This document shows positions 12,920-24,954 of a DNA stretch of 64,000 bases, piece after piece; the first letter of the stretch is position 1, and every line of letters begins with the position of its first letter. The position numbers were made by a program, and so were the translations under genes. The DNA comes from Takakia lepidozioides (lineage: Eukaryota; Plantae; Bryophyta): the NCBI GenBank assembly GCA_030704615.1, contig CM060732.1, forward strand, positions 32,116,001-32,180,000, in the 5' to 3' direction. Below the pieces are notes generated by a model that was not told the DNA's origin, made no database searches, and worked only from the letters and a program-made list of their open reading frames with translations.

Positions 12920-13164
12920 CAAAGTCTCATTTGGATCCTTTTGTTGTACAGTTCTGAAACACTTAATGAATATATTGACGATTTGAAAAATCATTGTGTT
13001 CAGACTGCTTGTCCATTCCCTACATTTCTTCCGCCAACCAAAATCTATAATAAAAGCAGAAGAGACGCAAACTTCAGTGAAGAACCCTACAAGTAATTTA
13101 TGCACACCATCGACCCGGGAACTTGAAGCCATGAAAAACCCTGCCGTTTCTAACATTCCTATTG

Positions 13165-13609
13165 GGAAATTTGGCGCCGAAATAGCCCAGTTTGCGCCTT
13201 CGTTATATGGGCCTCAAAAATTCCACGGATGAATTACTGCACCAAAATATTGCGATGGAAGCCTTCAGCACAAGGCACTTCACCACATTCCACTTGGGTA
13301 TTTCGGCGCCGAAATTGCCCGTTCTGCGCCATTAAATACCGCACTATATCACATTTTAAGAGGTAATTTCGGTGCCGAAATACCCCGGTGGATGTCTTCA
13401 AAACACCATTTTAGCACACTGCTCTGGGAATAACGGCGCCGAAATTCCTCATTCCGCATCCTGGACCAGGAGAAACAGACCCTATTACCGAGGTAAGAGG
13501 ACATAAACCGTCAATAAAGGCAGGAAAATTCCAATTCCGCGGATGTCCGCTCATGAGCTCATAGGCTCATAGGCTCATGGGCTCATGCGCTCATGAAATA
13601 GTAAACCTC
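13165..13609. repeat. Right subterminal palindromes and right TIR of element 1
   Basis: ATTTCGGCGCCGAAAT variants at ~13168, 13300, 13365 and 13431. GCTCATG repeats at 13548-13595. Terminus GAAATAGTAAACCTC ends at 13609. Confidence 0.8.
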
Positions 13610-14217
13610 GTGTGTCGTGCAGAAGAGCACAACACAAACACTGACACTCCAGAGTCACCTCGCACGGATGTGTGCAACACAAGATCATTTCCGACACAAC
13701 CCTTTATACCGAATGACCCCATGGCGACGATGACGGCAAAATGCAAAGCACAGGGTAGGCAGTATGACACACGTGGATGCATATGTGAAGCACAACATTT
13801 ATGGCGAATCTGCAAGAACTGCTCCAAATTGAACTAGCATTAGATTTCTACGGCACTTCCGAATTTGAAACAATGCAAGAAGGCCGCCATATATTGGCAG
13901 GCATCGAAGTACATCTGACATATATCACAAGTACATGCAACGGATGTACATATTTTCTAGCACTTTATTTCTTGAATAATACAAAGATGCCGAAATGGAT
14001 GAATTCCGTTCGCACACAATAACAACACCCGCATCCAAATACGGTTGACAATGTCCAATTTTGATTTTGGTTACATGCAATAGCAACCCTTGTTGCAAAC
14101 GTCAAACTGGAGAGCTCTAGAAGCATCGTGGGGAGCCCTTGTTTCCAGCGGAGGAGGAAGAGAAGGAATTCATTATACTTCACGAGCTCTAGAAAGAGGA
14201 ATAGAGCCAGATATAGA

Positions 14218-17200
14218 ATGAGGATGGAAAGAGTGGCCGAAGAGGAAAAGGCGGAAGAAGAGGGCAAAGAGGAAAGTTCGGCGATGGAAGAGCAGGAATC
14301 CGGAGAAGAACAGCAGCCTGCCATAGTTCCAAGAACAGATGAGGAGGACACTGCATCCGAGGGAGAGGCAGATGCCGAAGATGATGTTGACGCTGGCCTC
14401 ACGAAGAACCTAATAGTGGAAGAGAGGATGGGGGAGATGCTCCAGAACATGCGAGGCATGGAGAGCAGTCCGAAGCGCAAAGGGTCCCCGGCGATTGGGG
14501 AGTCTTCTGGAGCAGCCAAAAAAAAGGTACAATCTTTGAAACCCACCTTTGTGCTTCATTGCTGATGTGAACCCAAGTTGAGATTCTATTTCGATATGAA
14601 CATAGTCTACACACGGCATCTCTGCCAGGTTGCATCAACCGCGAACAAGAAGCTCAAACAGTGTGCGTTGACGCACACTGTTTGAGCCTTCCATTTTGCT
14701 GGCTTGTTGATGTGCGAAACGGCCAAATTGGGGAACTAGGGCAGGTTCAATCCACCACGAATTGGAAGCTGAAACAGTGTGCGTTGACGCACACTGTTTG
14801 AGCCCCGCATTTTACTTGGTTGATGGTGTGCAAAACGGCCAGATAGGGCCACTATGCCCGGTTCAATCCTCCACTATTTGGCAGCTGAAACAGTGTGCGT
14901 TGGCGCACACTGTTTGAGCCCACCTTCTCATTGATTTTTCATCTGAAAAACGGCCTCAAACGGCATGTATTTGAGGATCAATTATCATTTACATGGCAGC
15001 TCAAACAGTGTGCGTCAACGAACACTGTTTGAGCTCACCTTGTCATTGCCTTTGTCATCTGAAAATCGGCCACATAGGGTATGAATTTGAGGATCAATCA
15101 TCACTTACCTGGCAGCTCAAACACTGTGCGTTGGCGCACACTGTTTGAGCTACCCTTATCATTGCCTTCTTCGTTTGAAAATCGGCCACATAGGGCATGT
15201 CTCTGAGGATCGATGAACACTTATCTGGCAGCTCAAACAGTGTGCGTTGGCGCACACTATTTGAGCCCACCTTCTCATTGATTTTTCATCTGAAAAACGG
15301 CCACAAACGGCATGTATTTGAGGATCAATCATCACTTACATGGCAGCTCAAATAGTGTGCGTCAACGCACACTGTTTGAGCTCACCTTGTCATTGCCTTT
15401 GTCATCTGAAAATCGGCCATATAGGGTATGAATTTGAGATCAATCATCACTTACCTGGCAGCTCAAACAATGTGTGTTGGCGCACACTGTTTGAGCTACC
15501 TTATCATTGCCTTTTTCGTTTGAAAATCGGCCACATAGGGCATGTCTTTGAGGATCGATGAACACTTATCTGGCAGCTCAAACAGTGTGCGTTGGCGCAC
15601 ACTGTTTGAGCCCACCTTCTCATTGATTTTCCATCTGAAATACGGCCACAAACGGCATGTATTTGAGGATCAATCATCACTTACATGGCAGCTCAAATAG
15701 TGTGCGTCAACGCACACTGTTTGAGCTCACCTTGTCATTGCCTTTGTCATCTGAAAATAGGCCACATAGGGTTTGTATTTGAGGATCAATCATCACTTAC
15801 CTGGCAGCTCAAACAGTGTGCGTTGGCGCACACTATTTGAGCCCACCTTGTCACTGTTTTTTCCCTGTGAAATTTAGCAATACAGGGCATGTCTCTGAGG
15901 TTCGATGAACACTTACTTGGCAGCTCAAACAGTGTGCGTCAACGCACACTGTTTGAGCTCACCTTGTCATTGCCTTTGTCCTCTGCAAATCGGCCACTAA
16001 GGGCTTCTCTTTGAGGTTCAATGAAGACTTACCTTGCAGCTCAAACAGTGTGCGTCAACGCACACTGTTTGAGCTCACCTTTTCTTCAACACATGGACTG
16101 TCTGCCATGCTCAAACACCATCGTCTCATGTTTCACTCTTATATCAATTTGAATGGACAACCCTGCAGGAGAAGATGCAAAGTGTGGCGGAGGAGATCCC
16201 TTCGGGGCTGGGGAAGGAGATCATTGTTGATGTTGACGATGAGTTCTATGAAAGCAAAGCCGCTGAGATGCTGGGGGGTCAGAAGGTTAACTCTTAGCTT
16301 GTGGTGCAAAGTATGCTTGCCCCGGGTGGGAGGTTGAAGATTCCCCTGTGTAGGATGGTTTCCATGCCCGTCGTTCGACCACCCCTCATCAAGGACATTC
16401 TCAAGCTAGAGGCCGAGTTTGTTCATGGGTAGTTGGATGGATCCGCAGTGTTTTACATTTGTACAAAGGATTCCAGAGGCAATGAGCTCCTTGTGGATGA
16501 GTCAATCGTGGACTGCTGGGATCCTATTTGGAGACAGGTGAACAAATCCTTCGAACTTCTTCTCTCCAGGAAACCTTCCACCCAGGCAATCTCGGGGAAG
16601 ATGTTTCACGTTTGGGATGGGAACCACCGGTTGCTTGCATGGATGGCTGTCATTGGGAGGCTGCACTCACAGGAGGAAGAGTGGCATTACTCTGTTCGAT
16701 CGATGGTGCTGGATTGTGAGGGGAACATGATGGGTCTTCTGACGGAAATGAATGATGTGAACGGGTTGGTTTCTCATTCTACATGTTCCACTTGTAGTTC
16801 CGTGGTTCTTTGATTAAAGTCCTTGAATTTCATTCTGACTTTCAGATATCATTCTGCAGAGGAACGGAGACATCGCATGTCAAAACGAGTTTGGTTCACA
16901 CACTGTATAGGATACAAAGGATCGGGCAGATGCCCTTGACCAACTTCAAGACCATCCTTTCAGCAGAGACGTACAAGAAGTGCGAAAGCTCCAAGACATC
17001 GGAAACGTGGTACTCGTTGACACGTGAGGCTTTCATGAAGTACATGTACACGGTGAGATACATCTTCCTTCATCTGCCTTTTCCATATTCCCTTGGGTTG
17101 ATGCAACTCTCGTGCATTCCCTTGCAGCAAGACATTGCAGATGCAGGGAAGCGTGGCAAACTGGAATACTACAGGTCAACCCCTGAGGAGATAAGGACAG

Positions 17201-19320
17201 CAAAGGGGGTTGAGAGTCACATCCAAAAAGAGATGACCGCTACAAGAAGGACTATAATGAGTGCTTTTGTGAAGCAGTTGAGAATTGCCGACCCATCATT
17301 CGGATCGCAGTTTCTCCTGGAGATAAAAAAAACCATTATAACAAACCAGGCAAGCCAGAGATGGCCCAGGAGAAGTTACACAGGTTGTCTACCGCCATTG
17401 TGTCTTCAGAACAGAAGGTGAAGTGGCTACAGATATGGAACTCCAATCCCACAGTTAGGGATACCCACATGTTCCCCAGGCCGGAGAAAGAGAAGAAGAC
17501 CCAGCGTGTCATTCCTGTCAGTGACAATGTGCTGGACACATGGCTTCACAAGGCCACTTACTGGAGCCAGGTGTGATGTCCTTTCCTGTGTCACTTTCTT
17601 TTCTCTTTTCCTGTCCTTCTCTTTCCATTGCCTCTCACATTCGCTGTGATTGTTTTTGGGTTCATTCTTGCATTTGAATTGTTTTGCAGTTGGAAGAAAG
17701 GGCACGGTCGGTTCTGCATACTCAGCTGGCTGACTATGGCATCACTATGACAGCACCGAAGGTCTCCTTCGAAGCATACATGAGGAAATGGAAAGCCACA
17801 GTGTGGCACTCTTGTTTCTTTAGAGAGTTCAGCAAGGAGGGTGGCATCAGTCGGACACATGACCTCGACCAGCAAGAAAAAAGAGAGGAAGCCTGGAAAC
17901 GATGCCTTTACAGGTGCACACCCTGGGCCGTTCAGGCTACTTAGTGTGCTGTGGTTGCAATGTACTGTGACACATACAGTTTAAGGGGGTCTTCTTGGCG
18001 TGAGAAAGAACAAGGGGGTGGTTGATCCCAAGGACCCGTACCATGCAGTGGAACATCCGACGAGGGTCATTCGCCCTACCAGGTTGGAGATGGCCAACGT
18101 CGGATTCCTTGCCATGATGGAGTCCAAGAAATCTGATTACAAGGGCGAGCCATCACCAGTGTGGGAGAGGATTGTGGAGTTCCTCGGCACGGTGCGTGTT
18201 CTCTTTTGCATCTTCTCTGCTGTGGGCATGGATCGTTTCAATCCTCTTGAGTATTCCATTGTAATTTTGTTTGCAGGCTAAAATGACCAAATCCTGGGTG
18301 AACGGGAAGGAGAAGCAATATGCAGCCAAACTCATAATCTTGGACATCCCTGATGGGTTGGCAGTCCCGGATGTCCCTCCATCGGGTGCTTGTCTGGGTT
18401 GGAATGCTTTTGATGAGCGCTACTGGCGGTGGGTTTTCTCCTTTTGCAATTTTTTCCTGTCCGATGCAGGTGTTTTGGTGCTCATACAGTCGGCCGACGT
18501 TCGCTGTCGCCGTGCACTTGCCAGCTATTTGAAAGCCTCGGGCATGAGAGTCCTGAAGACATGGAATTGTGTGAACAGCATGTACCTTACAAAGGGGGAT
18601 CGTCCGGGAGAGATGGTAAATTTGCCTTCCTCTTCCTCTTCTTGGTGGTTCTCGGATGGAGTTGTGTAGGTCACTCGAACTCATATGTAGGGGCCTGATT
18701 TTTAAGCTTCTTAGTTCCTTGTGGATGTGTTGTTCGCAGACTCGTTTGTTTGAAGCTGTTTGTCTCGTCCGAGTTGCATCCACCAACGACTCCGGCCGGC
18801 ATTTCGGAGTTCGCCATCACTCATGGGGGCAAGTTCATAGACGACAGGACAGATCCTCCACGGATGACATGCACCACAACTACGTGGACAACAACGTGTG
18901 GTTGCGAAGGGGGAATGGGGTTCCTTGGAGAGGGGCGAGGGAGAGGAGCCCGGCTTTCATTCAAACGATCCTACACAGACGCCAGAGTTCTGGATTTGTC
19001 AATGGGCACAGGTTCGTCTCTTCAACATTCAGATTTCATGAGGTTTGATTGAGCTTGCACTTTCAGTACATCCCACCGTTCCAAATGTGTCTTCAATGTC
19101 TGCTTCCTTCATTCTATTCCACTGTAGGTGCTTCGTACCACGCTTGCAAGGCCAGTGCGCGACATCTCTTTGGGATTGAAGGGGATGCTGAGATTTACAA
19201 GAACCTCCTGATGGGTTTGGGTGGACACACTTCTCAAGTCCTTCCGAAGCCCCGTCCCGCTGATATTGATACAGCGGAGACTTCCGACAAGGAGCTGGAC
19301 TCCGATTTTGCCTATGAGTG
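14218..19320 (+). pseudogene. ParB-like + DNA MTase-fold fusion, copy 2 (degenerate)
   Basis: Motifs: KIPLCRMVSMPVVR...MFHVWDGNHRLLAW (DGNHR at 16616-16630); KLIILDIPDG (18343-18357); RERSPAFIQTI, RVLDLSMGTG/ASYHACKASARHLFGIEGD. Several introns sit at the same positions as in copy 1. In-frame TAG at 16430-16432 and a small deletion before motif I. The acidic first exon 14218-14526 is tentative. Confidence 0.7.
14652..16074. repeat. Tandem array of 13 x ~116-bp units, each with a 36-bp palindrome GCTCAAACAGTGTGCGT-NN-ACGCACACTGTTTGAGC
   Basis: Palindrome starts at 14652, 14768, 14884, 14999, 15115, 15231, 15346, 15461, 15576, 15691, 15807, 15923 and 16039. The spacers are homologous, with a 3-unit higher-order period. 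Confidence 0.95.
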
Positions 19321-20416
19321 AGTTCAACCTGTGGATGCTTGCATTGTTGTTTCAATATCGAGAATCACTGTTCTTGAGGCAAAGTTCACATGGCAGACAT
19401 CCTCTTCGTTGGACTTGTGTATTGCATATTGTGTTCTGAATGGGTTTTTGTCGACATGTGCAGGAGTCCGCGTGCTTCCACTTGCCCTCCAGGGCTATCA
19501 CACCTATTTGGACTTCTTTCCAGTCCTCCTCGGTCTTGCGTGCTACCTGTCTATGCGGAGGCACTCGCAACAAGCATGACCGTTCATGGCACTCGGAGTC
19601 CACCCATCGACGGCCGTGGTAGAAGACGTGGTGTTGGGGCGAGAATCTTTGTGGATGACATAGCACAGGAGGTCGAGACTGATTCTGATGACTGTGACAC
19701 TTGATATGAAGTTTTCTTTTGGTTTTATTCGGGGCCAAATTTGAAATGGGATGGTTGTGTGTCCTTGTTGTCCTGTTTGCAATGTGTGCGTGGAATGCAC
19801 ATTAATGGGAACAAACTATTGTTGGAGATGGGGGTTGCATGGACTGCCCGGATTGTTCCTTCAATCTATTTAGTGTTTTCTGGACCTCACAGACTTGAGT
19901 GCATTGCAAAAACAAACAAACGACTTTGGTTCGTGTACAGCATTCTCGCATCATTTGGTCGTTGGTCTCCAAACCATTCCTGCTTGAAGAATGGTTGGTG
20001 AATCCATCACGGTGAAGTCCACCTCATCAAAGAGCTGTGAGGCATTCTCAAATCTATTGAGCATCCATGATGCTCCCGCACATACCTGGCATGTTCGCAA
20101 GGATGGTGAGTAAGAAAAGATTTCGCAGGGATCCGCTTTAGATCATGTCAGTGTGCACCTCCTCACGACGTACCCACATAAACTTGTGAGGGCTTGGTAT
20201 GTTGATAACGTCTGCATGGATGCAATGGATACAATGGATGTAACATATCCATGGCCACTTTGCATTCCCGGGAAATGGCTGATCAACCCGCGGAAATAGG
20301 TGACACCCGCGGAAATAGGCCATGTATGTATGCTGACGTGGCGTGAGCCTGTGCTGGGCTCACGGTTTCCTGGGCTCATAGGCTCACGGCTCCAGGCTCA
20401 CGGAATAGCACCCCCC

Positions 20417-23400
20417 TTCACGGGCAATGGTGTGTCACCCACGACAATGTCCCTCACGGCAGTGTCAGCCACACCGGTATCCGCAGTGTCACCCTGAGGT
20501 GCAGTGTAACCCTCCTTCCCTGTTGCTCCTCTCTGCGCAGTGTCACCCTCGGTTTCAGGGCCTCCTCCCCTTGCAGTGTCACCCTCCGCATCAATGTGAC
20601 CCACGAAGGCTCGGTGACTGTCTGTCTGCTCAATCCCCCGGACAATGTCACCCTCAATACTGACCACCTCCTCCAATGTGACATGTTGTGGCGCGAAATG
20701 ACTTGGATCTTCAGTCTGCATCATTCGAACAGTGTCATTATGAGAGAGGTTGACCACCTGATCCTCACAAATACTTACATTGCTGCATGGAGGGTTCAAC
20801 CCAGCATCTCCAGATTCAAAGTCATACACAGACTCTGGGTCAAGCGGGTCCCCGGTTCTTCGATTAAGACCTCCAAAAGAAATGACTGGGGATGCGGACA
20901 AAGAGGTTCGCACTTGGGTGTTCCACCTTGATGTATCATCTTCAGTATCAGTATCAGAATTCACGGGCAAATCCCGCGTCAAGTCTGCTAGGTTCACCCC
21001 CAAGTGCAGCTGGGTTGAGTACAATTCACCAACCTGCGACAAAGATACAATGGTAGATTGACTTGGAATGATGTCCTCGTCATGTACATCGTCGCTTTGC
21101 AAGGCGGAAATTGAATGAAGATGAGGTTCAACCATCTCCTCATCCTGTAACATAGAGGGCCCATCACTCGTTTGCACGCCCCCTGTATCGCATTGTGGAG
21201 GGGCCCCATACACAACTTCGTGAAGCTCACGTTGAGCCTCAAAAAGGTTTTTGAACGCATTGGCGACTTGATTGGTCATGAGCTCGGACTCATCTGCATC
21301 GGGGAAAAGACAAAGGTTTTCAGTCGTGGAACGAGATTTTTGAAAGTGCAAGGGTTACACTATATAAGGGTTACACTGACTAGGACAAGACAGTGGTTCG
21401 GATTACACGATGTGGGTTACACCACCCTTGTTAGAGACAGTAGTTTGCAATGGGTTACACTACATGGGTTACACTAGTGAGATTACACAACGAGGGGTAA
21501 CAAATCTAGGGTAACACAACGAGGGGTAACATTAGGGGTACACTGATTACAGGGTTACATACTCCGAGGGTTACACTGATTACAGGGTTACACACAGCGA
21601 GGGTTACATTGAGTACAGGCTTCCACATAGCGAGGGTTACACTGATTACAGGATTACAAACAAATGGGTTACACGACGAGAGGGGTGACAGTGGATGGAG
21701 TAACACTTACAGAGATACCAAGGCACTACAGACCCAATGTCTCTCATATATTGGATGCCCAAACGCGCATTGAAGTCCATTTCTGTTGGTGATTCGCTGA
21801 AGAGGCCACAACACCAAAGCTGGATAAACGATTCTCTCTGATGGATCGCAAAGTGATGGGCGGCGCGACGATGGCTTGCCTTGCAAAACTGTATAGCTCC
21901 GTTGATCTTAACTGACTTGTCACCCCACTCTTCTGTACTCAAACTCGATCTTAAGTCCTCGAGCTCAAAATCCAAGGTCGCAATCCCGTCACCAGGTTGT
22001 GCAAAGTACATCAGACTAAAGCCATAATACTCATACCAGGTCCTTCACCTTTGAGGCCGTAAGAGCACTTTCCAGAAGGTCAGTCGTGAACCCCAACCTG
22101 GGATGCGTTTGGGAAACTGATCTGCCATGATTTCTTACATCGTTGTGGGCCAGAATTCTCAAAAGAAGTGGTGGCGGTCCAATGTGCGGTTTGGTGAGAT
22201 TCTCCATTTGACTGATCAATCCTTCCGCAAAACTGCGAGTGAATTCCAACGGATCTGGAACAACCAAACCTTCAATTCCATCTACAGTAATAGTGATGAC
22301 AAGAGGATTTGAAGTTCTGGCATCGTCAAGGTCGGTATTGCCAACAACTGGTTCGTCCATCGTGTCATCATCATGTGAGGCTTGGCTCTCTCGATGGACT
22401 CGTGTAAGTCTCCCACATTTCTTCTTTTTCTGCTTTAGCATGTCAGGATGCCCAATGCTCTCCAAATACTCCTTCAGCCGATTCAATTCCTCTATCATTG
22501 ACGGACCATGATCCGGCTGGGCTGTAAATGCCTTGTGGGCAGTAACAACACTGTCCATATCATCGCTTCTAAGATGATGTCGAGCTCCCTGCGCAATACA
22601 GCGTGAGGGGTTACACCAGAGAAAAGTGTTACAGCACGAGGGGTTACACATGAAAAAGGGTTACAAGGAAGATGGGCTACACGGGGTTACACAGAGGTGG
22701 GTTACACACCAGAGGGATTTTTAAAAGGGGTCCTCTGTAGGTGGATTACACTCTGGGTTACACGCCACAGGAGAGACAGGGGGGGTAACACAAAGGGTTA
22801 CACGGATAGACAACATTTGAAAACAGAGAAATGGCAGGGAATCCAACTTGATTGTCCGTCGATAGAACCCAACTTGATTTTGCAGCTGTCGCATGGACTG
22901 CGCCCTCGCCTCGCGCAACAAATTCTTGGAATGCTGGCCAAAACCCCTTCTCATTGACATTCGGAAATGGGAACTGAGGAATAAGGCCATGCGGTAGCAT
23001 AAGGATTGAGCCTGGAGTTCGCTTTCGCAAGATGAACCTTGAGCTCCGGTTTCCCCGGTTTCCAATGTTGATTTTCTTTGCAATAGGGACAGGTAGAGGC
23101 GGGCTCAGTCGCCGCTTGTCTCTCTCGTTAGGAACCTGCCGAACAGAAGGACCAGGGACAGAAACAACAGGAGCACCAGAAGATGGAACCTCTGCAGCAG
23201 AAGTAGCCGCAGAAGGTACAACAGCAGGCACTTCAATCAGATCTGCAATCTCACCCAAAGCCACCCTATTTTGCAGAATCCATGCATGATATGCATCAAC
23301 AGAAGAAGCTGAAACAAAATTCACCACATTTTCAACAGCCATGGCATGCTTGAGCTCCACATCAGGAAACGGTTTTGTTCCTTTCGGTCTGGCCATACAT

Positions 23401-23648
23401 GCGGCCGTTCCATCGACAATTTGCCGATTCAATCTGCTCTTATCTACCTTTACTTCCCCACAGTAAGGACATTTGAACTTAGGCCGGCCCTTTGCTCCCT
23501 CCACGGCCTCTCTACACCTGGTGTGGCAGTACGCGATCATTGTAGCATGCTCATGCTCAGTGTACCAGAAGCGAATTCGTTCGCCGTCCCTCTTCAAGTG
23601 ATCAAATGGAATAGTAGCCTCTCCAGGGAACAGATAACAATCAGCCAT
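20417..23648 (-). CDS. Probable multi-exon gene of unknown function in element 3 (Cys-containing N-terminal region), 3' end cut by element 2
   Basis: Co-oriented ORFs 22758-23756 (MADCYLFP...CHTRC...FKCPYCG...C), 22031-22651, 21646-22011 and 20398-21351, separated by repeat-rich intron-like segments. The last ORF runs into the element-2 terminus. Confidence 0.45.
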
Positions 23649-24954
23649 GGCAAAAGAAAAAGCTGACAGAAGAGAAGAGCAAGAGCAAGAGCAAGAGCAG
23701 ACAAGACAAGACCAAGATAATTCCGAAGAACGCACAGCAGGGAGCACGCACAGCAAGGAGTGCAGGAAGAATCTGAAAGGGCTGCGAGAAGGGAAAAACT
23801 AAACAATGATCAAAGAACGAAGAACGAAGCTAGCTAGATGTCACCCGTAAGGCACATCGGTTAAGCGAAAGCCGGCGGTTCATTAAAATCTGGCGGCTTG
23901 CAATCAATTATATCCACACTGACTCACACGTGTATGAGTTGCAATCCCGGTGTCACCCGAAATAGCGGAGTGTAACCCATAACCCTACACTTGTGAGCGC
24001 GACAAACCGGCCGTTACCCGCATGCGAGACACGTCGAGTGTAACCCTCCGTCATGTACCCACATATGGTGTAACCCTTCGTCACAACCTCATGTACCCCT
24101 AGTCTATGTGACTCCCGAACACAACATCGATGTAACCTTGTCATATCAAACCATTAGTATGCAACCTCCAGGTAAACATGGTCAATGTAACGCCCCACCC
24201 ATGTAACCCTAGCCTATGTGGCTCCGCGAGCACAACATCCACGTAACCCATCAAACATGTCAACCCCATCTAAACCTCCATTACTAAACCGTCTACCAAG
24301 CCACCATGTATTGAGAAAGAAAACACCGTGTAACCCCCTGTGTGTAACCATAGCACACGTGACGCAGTCATATAAACCATCAGACATGTAACCGGTTGAC
24401 AATGCTTGCAGAACACGCAGGATTCGATACGTATTGCATCCAGAATAGCGATGAGTAGGCTGCCTCGGCTGGTATGTGAACAAAAGATACACGAGAGGAG
24501 AGTGAATGGGCACCCCGTCAAATGAGCGGCTGCTTGCATGGCTAGACCGAAAGAAACAAAACCCTTTCGTAATGCGGATCTCAGGAATACCATAGCCATC
24601 GGGGACGGTGACAAAACAACAAGAATGACATTGAGAAAGAAAAAGGATAGAGACAACCGTATCAATCGTAGAGAAAACCGTAGTAATAGATTTGCCGGAT
24701 CACTGCGCGGAAAGCATTGTCTTGCATGTTGCTGGGAGGACGATACGGAACTGAATGAACTACAAATCTTTCACATTGATGTGTGAAGCCGATTGGGCGC
24801 CACGGGAATTGCAGAAAGCTGATGCCCCAAAGCAAAAAAACGAGCGAGCTAGGAATCTGAAAAATGGACGGAGAGAGCAAATTAGGGTTTCGGCCTCCAT
24901 TTCAACCTCCATTCGGCCGTCGGATAGTTTACACGTGTATGATGTACACGAGGC

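Larger units (their letters stand above)
8..13609. mobile_element. Mutator-like (MULE) DNA transposon, element 1: transposase, ParB-MTase gene, orphan ORF and palindrome arrays
   Basis: Left end GGGGGTTGCTATTCCATGAGC (8-28) matches the reverse complement of the right end, GAGGTTTACTATTTCATGAGC (13609-13589), at 17/21. Both ends carry CATGAGC/GCTCATG subterminal repeats. A MULE-type transposase lies inside. No TSD can be verified because only 7 nt of left flank are in the window. Confidence 0.75.
13610..20416. mobile_element. Related MULE-like element 2 (partial; right end only)
   Basis: The terminus at 20416 reads GGGGGGTGCTATTCCGTGAGC on the - strand, 19/21 identical to 8-28. GGCTCA subterminal repeats at 20340-20400. 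Contains a paralogous ParB-MTase gene. The left boundary is uncertain. Confidence 0.6.

Noticed and set aside
13613-14050. Solo LTR (TGTC...GACA; begins TGTCGTGC like the Gypsy LTR end)
   Set aside because: No target-site duplication and no extended similarity to 59410-59939 could be seen.
14652-16074. CRISPR array (36-bp palindromic repeats at regular spacing)
   Set aside because: The ~80-bp spacers are homologous to each other with 3-unit periodicity, no cas genes are present, and the context is a eukaryotic spliced gene.
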